This document shows positions 8,912 to 18,051 of a DNA stretch of 61,916 nt, piece by piece. Within the stretch, counting starts at the first letter, position 1. Each line of letters starts with the position of its first letter. Source of the DNA: Caulobacteraceae bacterium (lineage in GTDB: Bacteria > Pseudomonadota > Alphaproteobacteria > Caulobacterales > Caulobacteraceae). The stretch lies in NCBI GenBank assembly GCA_003165275.1, contig PLSW01000378.1, positions 7,526 to 69,441 on the forward strand. Reading direction: 5' to 3'. The position numbers and the translations under genes were made by a program. Below the pieces are notes generated by a model. It saw only the letters and a list, made by a program, of their open reading frames with translations. It did not search any database and was not told the origin of the DNA.

Positions 8912-9931
8912 TCAAGCTGCAAGAAATCGCGGATTGCGCTTCGGCTTGGTATCGGCCGGATCTGCATAGCCATTCGTCGATGCGCTGCCTGGCTTTACTA
9001 ACGAATCCACGAGCGCCTCATCATCCGGAGTGATTTTATAGTCGAGAGCGCGCAAATAACTGTTCCACTGGTCTTCGGTGCGAGGCCCGGCAATGGCTGC
9101 GGTTACGGAGCTGTTGTTGAGCACCCAGGCGAAAGCGAATTCGCCTGCGCTGATCCCCTTGGCTTCGGCATGCTGCTTGATGGCCTGGGCGATATCGAGG
9201 GATTCCGGTCGCCATTCCGTCTGGTACATCTTGCGATCCTTGCGACCTGCCCGCGTGTCTGACGGCGGCTCGGCGCCGGGCTGGTATTTTCCGGTCAATA
9301 CGCCGCGCGCCAGGGTGCTGTAGACTACGGCGCCGAGGCCGTAATAGTCGGTGATGTGGAAGTGTTCTTTCTCCGGCCGGCGGTCGACGGCGTTATAGCA
9401 AAGCTGGCTGGCGGCTGGCCGATCCACGCCCAACCGATCCGCGAGGTTGCTGAATTCGCCAAGCTTCCAGCTCTGGTGATTGGAGATGCCGTAATATCGA
9501 ATCTTGCCTTGGCGAACCAGATCCGCCAGGGCGTGCAGGCTTTCTGCGATCGGCGTTTGGGGGTCTTCGCGGTGCAGGTAATAGAGATCGATATAGTCGG
9601 TGTTGAGCCGTTTGAGGCTCTTTTCGACCTGCTGGAACAGGCCCTTGCGCGATAGGCCTTGCCGCACCGGCCAGTCTTCCGACCTGGCCGGCCCAATCTT
9701 GGTGGCGATCACCCAATCGTCGCGCTGACCTTCGATGGCCCGCCCTACGATTTCCTCAGAGAGCCCGGCGGCGTAGGCCTCCGCCGAATCGATGAAATTG
9801 ACGCCGTTATCCTTGGCCGAGGCGATGATGTTTCGCGATGTGGCCTCGTCCGCGAAGCTGCCGAACAGCATCGTGCCAAGGCACAGTTCGGAAACCTTCA
9901 ATCCGCTTTGTCCAAGCCTACGGTATTTCAT
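8912..9931 (-). CDS. Aldo/keto reductase
   Basis: MKYRRLGQSGLKVSELCLGTM, DSAEAY, IATK, DYIDLYYLH; GGAG RBS. Confidence 0.93.
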   Translation of the reverse strand: MKYRRLGQSGLKVSELCLGTMLFGSFADEATSRNIIASAKDNGVNFIDSAEAYAAGLSEEIVGRAIEGQRDDWVIATKIGPARSEDWPVRQGLSRKGLFQQVEKSLKRLNTDYIDLYYLHREDPQTPIAESLHALADLVRQGKIRYYGISNHQSWKLGEFSNLADRLGVDRPAASQLCYNAVDRRPEKEHFHITDYYGLGAVVYSTLARGVLTGKYQPGAEPPSDTRAGRKDRKMYQTEWRPESLDIAQAIKQHAEAKGISAGEFAFAWVLNNSSVTAAIAGPRTEDQWNSYLRALDYKITPDDEALVDSLVKPGSASTNGYADPADTKPKRNPRFLAA

Positions 9932-10353
9932 GATGTCTCCGATGATCCAGACCACTCGCCGAGCGCGGCAATCTGACCGAAAGCGTCCTGGCCGGAAATC
10001 AATCTCTCCCGCTATCGATAGCGCGTTTTGTCATAAGGCGGCTGAGGCCTTATCGCCCAGGTCACGCGCCGGGCGGATTCGGCGAGAACCTCCAAATCCA
10101 AGGCGCGCCAATCCTCAGGCGTAGTGCGGCATCGGAATAAATCGCTAATACTTAGAATATTTTTTGCTAAGGCCTGGATTCGTTCGCCGTATTTGCCAGA
10201 TCGTCCTTATGCATTTTCACGTACTACTTAGGTGGATTTGTTCGTTCGTGGCGACTTGAGCCCTGTTTACCCTGAATTGGGCCTCGCTTTTCGTGGGTCC
10301 CGTCCATTCGTGGTTGTCAGGCGGATGGGAGATGAGGGCTGCGGGAGAAGTTC

Positions 10354-10854
10354 ATGTCCACTGACCAGGCCGCCGCGCCGGATGGTTCTGATCAGCCGGC
10401 GCCCGGCGCCAAGGGTGATCGTCCGCTGCGCGGCTTTGTTAAAACGGCCTCGGGTTGCCTTGCCGCCATCCTCGTGAGTGGCGTCCTTTCGACCGGCGTC
10501 GCCTGGTCCCACCATTCCTTCGCCATGTTCGACCGCAGGCCGGACAAGGAGACGGCCCTGACGGGCGCCTTGAAGGAGCTCGAATTCGTCAATCCGCATA
10601 GCTGGCTGCGCATCTATGCGGTCGATGGTCCGAGCAAGGGGACGCTTTGGTCCTTCGAAATGACCAGCGTGAGTCAACTGAAAACCTATGGCTGGAGTGT
10701 GGACACGGTGAAGCCTGGCGATCTGGTCACTGTGTCCTATTATCCCCTGCGGTTCGGCAGCAATGGCGGGGAGCTGGTTTCCGTGAAACTGGCCGACGGG
10801 CGGGTGCTCAAGGGCCTTACGGAGGGGGACCGCGGCTTCCCGACGAGTCGCTAG
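10354..10854 (+). CDS. DUF6152-like exported protein, copy 1
   Basis: Signal peptide then HHSFAMFD, NPHSW, KPGDLVTV. Confidence 0.75.
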   Translation: MSTDQAAAPDGSDQPAPGAKGDRPLRGFVKTASGCLAAILVSGVLSTGVAWSHHSFAMFDRRPDKETALTGALKELEFVNPHSWLRIYAVDGPSKGTLWSFEMTSVSQLKTYGWSVDTVKPGDLVTVSYYPLRFGSNGGELVSVKLADGRVLKGLTEGDRGFPTSR

Positions 10855-10856
10855 CC

Positions 10857-11897
10857 ATGCGGCGGTTGTTCGCTTCGCTGATGGTTTTTGGAACCCTCGC
10901 CGGGACGGCGCAGGCGCAGGACGACTGGCGCGTCTACACCTTTGACCAGGCTGGTTTCGCCGTCGAATTTCCTGGCGCGCCGCAGGTCAAGGCGGTGGAT
11001 TACGCGGCGCCTGTGGGCCCCTCCAAGGCCCAGACGGCGCCGGCGACGCTCTATACCGCCCAAAGCGGCGGCGCCCGCTACAGCGTCTTGGTCGCCGACC
11101 TGTCCAAGGCCGAGGTCGACTGGGACGGACTGGCGGACCATGCCGCGATGGTCCTGCGCCGCGAGGGCGAAGTGCAGCTCGATGAGGTCGTCACCTTGGG
11201 CGGCGGCAAGGGCTGTGGATACGATATCGGCCTGCAGTCGTCGGACGGCGTCCAGGCCCTGGCGGCGGTCTTCGCCTCCAAGGAGAAGCGAAAACTCTAC
11301 ATCCTCAAGGCCGCGGTGCCGGCGGCGGACCTGGCTGCTCAAGGGGCCGACGCCATACGCTTTCAGCAATCGCTCAACTTCCTCGACGAAATCAAATCGG
11401 CGCCGACGCCCTTTAATGCGGTCCGCTGGAAGGAGTTCGCCTATCTGGATTCCGCCGGCTTCGCCGCGCGCTTCCCTCAGGCGCCCGAGGTTCAGACAGG
11501 CCAATACCTGACGAACGATGGCGAGGTCGTCCCGGCCGTTCGCTACGCCGTACGCAACGGCCGGCTGCTTTTTCGGGTCACTGTGGTCGACCTTTGGAAG
11601 ACGCCGGCGGATAGAGACCATGTGCTGGACACCGCCGTGGACAAGCTGCGCCGCTATGGCGACGTGCGCTCGGATCGTGTGGAAAGCATTCAGTTCGGCC
11701 AGTGCGGGCGCGACCTCGTGCTGGACCAGCCGGGCGATGAATATGTCAGCGCCGGGGTCTATTTCCCAACCTCCCAGCACAAGCTGTTCATCGTGGAGGC
11801 TCAAGGCCCCGCGTCCGCGGTCAAGGACAGCGCCGACGACCTAGCCCTGTTCCGACAATCCTTCCGTCTGGCACCCTATCCGGAGAACACGCCATGA
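10857..11897 (+). CDS. Exported hypothetical protein with two internal repeats, copy 1
   Basis: Start MRRLFAS, signal peptide ending AQA; repeats WxxY..AGF..xFP..P; paralog at 33579. Confidence 0.8.
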   Translation: MRRLFASLMVFGTLAGTAQAQDDWRVYTFDQAGFAVEFPGAPQVKAVDYAAPVGPSKAQTAPATLYTAQSGGARYSVLVADLSKAEVDWDGLADHAAMVLRREGEVQLDEVVTLGGGKGCGYDIGLQSSDGVQALAAVFASKEKRKLYILKAAVPAADLAAQGADAIRFQQSLNFLDEIKSAPTPFNAVRWKEFAYLDSAGFAARFPQAPEVQTGQYLTNDGEVVPAVRYAVRNGRLLFRVTVVDLWKTPADRDHVLDTAVDKLRRYGDVRSDRVESIQFGQCGRDLVLDQPGDEYVSAGVYFPTSQHKLFIVEAQGPASAVKDSADDLALFRQSFRLAPYPENTP

Positions 11898-11972
11898 CCG
11901 ACGGCGGGACCTTGGCGTGCCGCATGGCCCTGACCGACGCCAGCCTTGTGGCCTGACCCGGAGAGAGCCTTC

Positions 11973-13088
11973 ATGTCGAACCTGATTAGTCCGGACCTCT
12001 TTGGCTCCTGGCTCAAGGACGATTCAGAGCTTGCGGTATTGGATATCCGCGAGGCCGAGGCATACGGCAAGGGGGCTCCGCTCTACGCGGCCAACCTGCC
12101 GTCCGGGCGCGTGGCGGCGGAGGTGGAGCGGCTCTTGCCGCGCAAGAGCATCCGCACGGTTCTGGTGGACGGCGGCGATGGATCGGCGGCGCGGCTGGTC
12201 GAACGGTTGCGCGCAGAAGGCTGGAGCGGCCTGGTCGCCCTTGCCGGTGGCCTGCCGGCTTGGTTGGCGCAAGTGAGAGAACCCAGGCCGACCTTCGACG
12301 CCTCGGGCTTGGATTTCTCCCTGGCCGTCCTGTACCGCACGAACACGCCGTGGATCACGCTTCAGGAGCTGAGGGCGCTTCGAGCCAAAGGACAGCCGGT
12401 CGTGCTGCTGGACGCCCGTTCCCCGGCCGAGTTCGAGCGTGGTCATGTGCCGGGCGCGATCAATGTTTCGGGCGCCGACTTGATCGCGACGTTCGACGCG
12501 GTTGTCCCGTCACCCGACGCACAGGTTGTGGTGGCCTGCGCGGGCCTGCCGCGAGCGATATTGGGCGCCCAGACCCTGATCGAAGCGGGCGTCCCTAACC
12601 CGGTCAGTTATCTGCATAACGCAAAGGGCGAGGGGCTGGTCGAGGCCGGAAGGCGAGGGGCCCCAGCCGTGGCGGACGCGGCCGATCCAGCGTCCGCCGA
12701 AGCCCGCCTCGTCAAGCTGACGGAGGGCGACGGGTTCGCGCGGATCGACCGGGCCACAGCCCTGGCCTGGAGGGATGATCCCGACCGCACCACCTACCTG
12801 ATCGACGTGCGCCCGGCCGACGACTTCGCGGCCGGGCATGTGCCCGGTTCGGTCTCGCTGCTGGGCGGGCAGCTGTTTGCAGTCTCCTACCGCAACATCC
12901 CCGTCCGCGGCGCCCGGGTCGTGTTGATCGACGATGAACGCGGTTTGCGCGCGGGGGTTACGGCCCATTGGCTTAAGCAGCAAAGGCGAACCTTCGAAAT
13001 CGCCCTGCTGCTGCATTCCTTTGGCCGCCAGACACAGTCGTTGGAAATGACGCGCCTGCAACAAAAGGCTCCCGTCGCGGCGGGGTGA
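11973..13088 (+). CDS. Multi-domain rhodanese-like sulfurtransferase
   Basis: Three rhodanese repeats: LDIRE, LDARSPAEFERGHVPGA, IDVRPADDFAAGHVPGS; Cys in VVACAG. Confidence 0.85.
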   Translation: MSNLISPDLFGSWLKDDSELAVLDIREAEAYGKGAPLYAANLPSGRVAAEVERLLPRKSIRTVLVDGGDGSAARLVERLRAEGWSGLVALAGGLPAWLAQVREPRPTFDASGLDFSLAVLYRTNTPWITLQELRALRAKGQPVVLLDARSPAEFERGHVPGAINVSGADLIATFDAVVPSPDAQVVVACAGLPRAILGAQTLIEAGVPNPVSYLHNAKGEGLVEAGRRGAPAVADAADPASAEARLVKLTEGDGFARIDRATALAWRDDPDRTTYLIDVRPADDFAAGHVPGSVSLLGGQLFAVSYRNIPVRGARVVLIDDERGLRAGVTAHWLKQQRRTFEIALLLHSFGRQTQSLEMTRLQQKAPVAAG

Positions 13089-13142
13089 ATGGCGAACCTA
13101 TCATGGATGTCGGTCCGCGCCGGGTTGACGCTGGAGGCTCTT

Positions 13143-13682
13143 TTAGTCCGCTTCTAGAGCCGCCAGCTGGCTATCCCGGAACAGTGCCTCGATGAAGCCG
13201 AACTGGGTCATGTCGGTGATGCGCTGGGGGTAGAGCACGCCGTTCAGGTGATCGAATTCATGCTGAAAGACCCGGGCGTGGAAGCCTTGGACCTCGCGCT
13301 CGAGCACGCCGCCATCCTCGAGCACGCCTCCATAGCGGATATAGCTCGCGCGGGGCACCAGGCCGCGCATGCCCGGCACGGAAAGGCAGCCTTCCCAGCC
13401 TTCCTCGGTTTCGTCCGTGAGCCGCTCGAGCCAAGGGTTGATGAGCGTGGTGGCGGGGAGCGGCGGCTCGTCGGGGTAGCGCGGGCTCGCCTCGAAGCCG
13501 AAGATCATCAGCCGCAGATCGACGCCGATCTGCGGCGCCGCTAGGCCCACGCCCTTGGCGGCGTGCATGGTCTCGAACATGTCGGCGATGATCGTCTTCA
13601 GCGCCGGGTCGCGGATGTCTTCGACCGGCTTGGCCACCCGCAGCAGCCGCGGGTCGCCCATCTTCAGAATCTCGTGGATCAT
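13143..13682 (-). CDS. def: Peptide deformylase
   Basis: All three motifs present: [24 protein letters not shown]. Confidence 0.96.
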   Translation of the reverse strand: MIHEILKMGDPRLLRVAKPVEDIRDPALKTIIADMFETMHAAKGVGLAAPQIGVDLRLMIFGFEASPRYPDEPPLPATTLINPWLERLTDETEEGWEGCLSVPGMRGLVPRASYIRYGGVLEDGGVLEREVQGFHARVFQHEFDHLNGVLYPQRITDMTQFGFIEALFRDSQLAALEAD

Positions 13683-13708
13683 CTCCGCCTCTTCGCCGGT
13701 TCCCCGAA

Positions 13709-13729
13709 CTTATGCCGGACGCTCATAAG
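13709..13729. promoter_or_regulatory. Palindrome CTTATG-N9-CATAAG (T-N11-A LysR-type box)
   Basis: Perfect inverted repeat between the divergent def and tetR-like genes; the half-site recurs in other cargo promoters. Confidence 0.5.
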
Positions 13730-13804
13730 CAGCGCTGGATTTGTCGTTTTTCCCGCGGGCCCCTCGGGTCGTACCATCCATGCCTTTCTTCTCGGCGCCT
13801 CAAA

Positions 13805-14053
13805 GTGAACACCGCAATTGACAAACAGGCCCTGCGCGATCGTGTGCTGTCCGAAGCGGAAGCAGCGTTCCTCGAGCAAGGCTTCTTCGGCTTCTCCGTC
13901 CGCCAGGTGGCGATAGCTGTCGGCGTGCCGCCGGGCACGGTGGCCTCCCTGTTTGGCAGCAAACGCGATCTGCTGCGCCTTGTTGAAGCGCGGCTACAGG
14001 CAAAACAAGCCAACGCGATGCCTCCACCGGTCGAGTGTCATCGAGATAGCTGA
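13805..14053 (+). CDS. Small TetR-family HTH-only protein
   Basis: RDRVLSEAEAAFLEQGFFGFSVRQVAIAVGVPPGTVASLFGSKRDLL; GTG start inferred. Confidence 0.7.
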   Translation: MNTAIDKQALRDRVLSEAEAAFLEQGFFGFSVRQVAIAVGVPPGTVASLFGSKRDLLRLVEARLQAKQANAMPPPVECHRDS

Positions 14054-14065
14054 AGCCTGCGCCCT

Positions 14066-14830
14066 TCAGGCGGGCAGGCCCAGGGCCGTTCGCAATTCCA
14101 CACGTGAGGCGGCGAAATCGGTCTTGAACGACGGGTTCTGCATCATGACGGCCACTGTGGCGGTCGCCAAAATACGTCCCGCCTCGAGATCCGAGGGAAA
14201 GTGGCCGCCGAGGATCAAGGGGCTCTGACCAAGTTCCCAGCCGCGCGCGAAGATCTCGTCTCGCTTCTCGGGGATCATGGCGGCCAGCAGGATCGCCACG
14301 GTTGCCCCAAAATTGGAGGTTCCGCTCGGATAGGAATAGCTGAATACGGGCTTGTCCAACGGCTTGCAGGGCGAACCGGCGTCATGCGGCGCCGTGTTCT
14401 TCGTGGGTGCGTCCGGTGTCGGCGGTTGAATCGGATGCACGTCGTGGCTGGCCACAAAGGGGCGCGGCCGTTCCCAGCAATCCTTGGCAAGCCGCACCTG
14501 GGCCCAGGTCTCCTTTGTCACCTTGTGCAGGAAGGCGGCTGTGGCGGGAACGTTCTTTTCAGTGAATTTCGGGCCGAGCACCGTCGCGAACGCGGAAAGA
14601 TCGGTGGTGTCTTCGCTCGCACGCTTCAGCAGCGCCGGCGTGCGGGCTGCCTGAGCGGCGAGGACGCCTTTCAAATCCTGCCCCAGCTGTTCTGGGCTTG
14701 TCGGCGGCGGGGACAGCAGCACGAGCGGATCGAACTGGCCCGGCGCCAGATAGGGCTTGTCGGCCAAGGCGTGCGCCGGCGCCGCGATGCTCGCGGCCGC
14801 CAATGCCCCTGCGAGCCAACCCAGCCTCAA
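14066..14830 (-). CDS. Exported PAP2/class A acid phosphatase-like protein with altered catalytic motifs
   Basis: KDCWERPRP, YPSGTS, SPLILGGHFPSD; signal peptide; start overlaps the tauD stop. Confidence 0.82.
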   Translation of the reverse strand: MRLGWLAGALAAASIAAPAHALADKPYLAPGQFDPLVLLSPPPTSPEQLGQDLKGVLAAQAARTPALLKRASEDTTDLSAFATVLGPKFTEKNVPATAAFLHKVTKETWAQVRLAKDCWERPRPFVASHDVHPIQPPTPDAPTKNTAPHDAGSPCKPLDKPVFSYSYPSGTSNFGATVAILLAAMIPEKRDEIFARGWELGQSPLILGGHFPSDLEAGRILATATVAVMMQNPSFKTDFAASRVELRTALGLPA

Positions 14831-15726
14831 ACCAGCTCCTCGGTCGGAATCACCGCGCCAAGGCGCGAGCGCAGGCCATTCACCCCGACGCGCGGTTCGC
14901 CCTTGACCCCAACATTGTGCACCACCCGCAGATCGTCGTCATAGTCGTCAACCGCGTAATGCTGCGTGATGCGGTTGTCCCAGAGCACCAAGGCACCCGG
15001 CTCCCAGATGATGCGCACCTGATGCTCGGGCAAGGCGATGTGGTTGAACAACACCTTCAGCAGGTCGGCGCTTTCGTTGGGCCGCAGTCCAACGATTTCC
15101 GGCGTATAGCGCGGGCTGACGAACAGCGCCTTGCGCCCCGTCACCGGATGGACCGTCACCACGGGGTGTTCGGACCAGATGAACTTGCCGCCGAAACCCT
15201 GCGGCCAATCCTGCGCCCTGAGCGGCGTGGTGGCGTGAATCGCCGTCAGCTTTTCGGCAAGGCGCTGGAGCGGCGGGGAAAGCCGATCATAGGCGGCGCT
15301 GGTCGAAGCCCAGATGGTGTCGCCGCCGCCGCCGTCCGGAAGCACCACCGGATTGATGGTGTTGATCGTCGCCGGCGCCTCCAGATGGGTGCCGTCGGCA
15401 TGCCAGCGGGCGACACGGCCGTGAATGCCCTTGCGGCTGTCCCACACGGCCGGACGCGGCGCGCCCCCGTCATAGCCCCGGACTTCGCCGAAATGGCTGG
15501 TGAAGGCGATCTGTTGTTCCGTGTCCAAATGCTGGTTGCGGAAGTACAACACCCCACGATCGAACAGGCGCGCCTTCAGCGCTTCCACGATTTCCGGCGC
15601 GAGCGGCTGTTTCAGGTCGAGCCCGGAAATCTCGCTGCCGATCAGCCGGCCCAGCCGGCGTTCCGCAAAGGGAGCCTGAGCCTCCGACGGGGCGGGAGCT
15701 TGTGGAGAGGGGGCGATGGCGTTCAT
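14827..15726 (-). CDS. TauD/TfdA-family Fe(II)/2OG dioxygenase 1
   Basis: WHADGT, GGDTIWA, HPVVTVHPVTGRK, WDNRITQH. Confidence 0.93.
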   Translation of the reverse strand: MNAIAPSPQAPAPSEAQAPFAERRLGRLIGSEISGLDLKQPLAPEIVEALKARLFDRGVLYFRNQHLDTEQQIAFTSHFGEVRGYDGGAPRPAVWDSRKGIHGRVARWHADGTHLEAPATINTINPVVLPDGGGGDTIWASTSAAYDRLSPPLQRLAEKLTAIHATTPLRAQDWPQGFGGKFIWSEHPVVTVHPVTGRKALFVSPRYTPEIVGLRPNESADLLKVLFNHIALPEHQVRIIWEPGALVLWDNRITQHYAVDDYDDDLRVVHNVGVKGEPRVGVNGLRSRLGAVIPTEELV

Positions 15727-15802
15727 GGCAAATTCTTCGCAAGGACAAGGAGATGGCTGGGCGGGGGCGCGCGTCGGCGCACGCCCCCTCTAATCCCTGC
15801 CG

Positions 15803-16918
15803 CTATTCCGCCGCGATGGCGCTCGGCTGCGCATCCGCGTCCAGGCTGGCGTGAGCCCGTTCGAGGAAGCTGGCATCGACCCAGTCGGCGATGTCGAAGT
15901 CGTTCTTGATATAGCCGAACTCCTTCAGGAACCGCTTTTGAACTTCCAGTCCGCCCAAGGCCTGCGGATCGAGCTTGGGCACGAAGTCCTTGGAGGCCAG
16001 GTCCTTGGCCAGCACATCGATATCGAGATGCGGGCCCGACTTGCTGGCGAAGAGTTCAGCCGCGGCGCGCGGATTCTGGTTCACCCAGCGCCCGCCGCGG
16101 ATCGCGGCGCGCAGATAGGCGATGATCTGTTCCGGATGCTCGCGGGCAAGCTTGCCGCTGACGGTGATCACGGGCGTGCTGGCGCCGGTGAGGGTCCAGT
16201 CGGGATAGCGGCCCAGGTCGTCGATGGCCTTGTACTGGCCCGTGGCTTCCAGCGCCCGCGTCTTGGCCCGGTTGGAGAAGATGGCGTCCACCTTGCCTTC
16301 GGCCAGCGCCTTCACGTCATGCGCTTCCAGCGCCTTGTTGGCGGTGTAGCGCCCGGCGCGTTCCGCCGGCGTCGACGAGGGCTTCTCCACCGCCCAGTCG
16401 TCATGGAACAGATCGACGATTTCGACCTCGTCCAGAGCAACACCGTTGACCCGCAGCGTGTCGATCACGCCGCGATGCAGCGGCACGCGGCCGAAATCGA
16501 GCTTCTTGTTGTTCCGCCCCTTGGGCACGCCGATCTTCTTGCCGCGCAGTCCGGCGACGCTATAAATCCCGGAATCGACGCGCACCACGATCTGACCGCC
16601 CTCGGGGCTGGGGGCGAGCGTGGCCACCAGAAGGGTGTCGCTGACATCGGCGCGCGACCAGATCGGCGGCCAGTTGCCGCCTTCGCGGATCAAGCTCTCC
16701 GAACGGTGCCCGACATGCGGCCAGATTTCCTCGATGTCGGGGATTGCGCGCAGATAGGTGAGCCGCGCCCCCACCTTGGCCAGCTCTTCCTGAGTCCAGC
16801 CGTGCGCCACGGAGAAATAGGAGGCCTGCGGGCCGGGGCAGAGGGTGTGCAGAACTTCGCCCTCTTCGGCGACGATGAATTTGGTGCGATCCACAACATC
16901 GCTGGGATGATCGGACAT
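15803..16918 (-). CDS. DszB-like sulfinate desulfinase (substrate-binding-protein fold), copy 1
   Basis: No signal peptide; TLCPGPQ, PHVGH and IREGGNWPP parallel the DszB Cys/His/Arg-GG-xx-PP motifs. Confidence 0.75.
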   Translation of the reverse strand: MSDHPSDVVDRTKFIVAEEGEVLHTLCPGPQASYFSVAHGWTQEELAKVGARLTYLRAIPDIEEIWPHVGHRSESLIREGGNWPPIWSRADVSDTLLVATLAPSPEGGQIVVRVDSGIYSVAGLRGKKIGVPKGRNNKKLDFGRVPLHRGVIDTLRVNGVALDEVEIVDLFHDDWAVEKPSSTPAERAGRYTANKALEAHDVKALAEGKVDAIFSNRAKTRALEATGQYKAIDDLGRYPDWTLTGASTPVITVSGKLAREHPEQIIAYLRAAIRGGRWVNQNPRAAAELFASKSGPHLDIDVLAKDLASKDFVPKLDPQALGGLEVQKRFLKEFGYIKNDFDIADWVDASFLERAHASLDADAQPSAIAAE

Positions 16919-17166
16919 GGCTTGTCTCCTGGCTGTGGCTGGATGGACGAAACGATAGTCCCGATGAATTAAGCTCCGCGGGCGCCGATCCCAACGAACT
17001 GTTTCGTCTTAGAGTCCATCCCGAGATCATAAGCAGGGGACAAAAATCCGCGCGGTATGTGCTTATGCGAAAATCCGCATTGGTTAGCAGATATGCTTGG
17101 TTCCCTGCGGATCGAGCGCGCGAATAGGAAAATACTCGCCTTTCCGCAACGCGAGTTTGCGCTCCC

Positions 17167-18045
17167 ATGACAATCGCCAATCGTATCGCCCACGAATACG
17201 CTCCGCTGCTCACGCAGCGCGTCGAGCCGGATGGGTTTCTCGCCCATCACCTTTCGCCCTTTATCGGCACGGAGGTGATCGGCATCGACCTCAAGCAAAC
17301 GCAAAGCGAGGCGGTCGCGGAACAACTGCGTCAGTTGCTCCGCGACCGCGGGGTTCTGTTCTTCCGCGATCAGCATCTGTCCGCCGAGCAACAACTGGCC
17401 GCCACCGCCATCTGGGGGCCGCCGCGTATCAATGATTCCTATCGAGAGGGCTCGCCGCATCCGGGCGTCGGCATCGTGGACAGCATCCAGGAAATCGCCG
17501 GGCGGGTTTCTCGCTGGCACGCGGATGTGACGGCGGCGCAGGCGCCGTCGACCATTCGCCTATTGCAGGCGATCGAGCTGCCGCCCCACGGCGGAGACAC
17601 CCACTGGGCCTCGACCGAGGCGGCCTATGAGCGGCTTTCGCCCGCCCTGAAGGAACTGGCCGACGATCTGACGGCGATCCACAACATCACCCCCGTCACG
17701 CTCGAGGATTTTCGTAAGCCGCGCTCGAAATTCCAATGGGCCGAGCATCCGGTCGTCCGCGTCCATCCCGAAACCGGTCGGCGCTCGCTCTTCGTCAATC
17801 CGCGCTTCACTCGTGAGATCGTCGGATTGAAGCCGCACGAAAGCGCCGATTTGCTTGAGCTGTTCTATAACCATATCGTCCTGCCCGAACACACGACCCG
17901 TATCCAATGGCGGCTCGGCTCGCTGGCGGTATGGGACAACCGCAGCAGCCTGCATTATGCTGCGGACGACTATGGCTCAGCGCGCCGGCGGCTTCAGAGC
18001 ACCAGCGTGGAGCTCAATGACCGGCCTGTCGGCGTGCGAAGCTGA
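17167..18045 (+). CDS. TauD/TfdA-family dioxygenase 2
   Basis: WHADVT, GGDTHWA, HPETGRR, WDNRSSLH. Confidence 0.93.
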   Translation: MTIANRIAHEYAPLLTQRVEPDGFLAHHLSPFIGTEVIGIDLKQTQSEAVAEQLRQLLRDRGVLFFRDQHLSAEQQLAATAIWGPPRINDSYREGSPHPGVGIVDSIQEIAGRVSRWHADVTAAQAPSTIRLLQAIELPPHGGDTHWASTEAAYERLSPALKELADDLTAIHNITPVTLEDFRKPRSKFQWAEHPVVRVHPETGRRSLFVNPRFTREIVGLKPHESADLLELFYNHIVLPEHTTRIQWRLGSLAVWDNRSSLHYAADDYGSARRRLQSTSVELNDRPVGVRS

Positions 18046-18051
18046 CGCCAA

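Noticed and set aside
10837-11780. Shared FPTS tetrapeptide in DUF6152 and its partner
   Set aside because: Four residues is too short to separate from chance.
15803-16918. Annotation as SsuA-like sulfonate-binding protein
   Set aside because: No signal peptide, no adjacent SsuBC, and DszB catalytic motifs are present.
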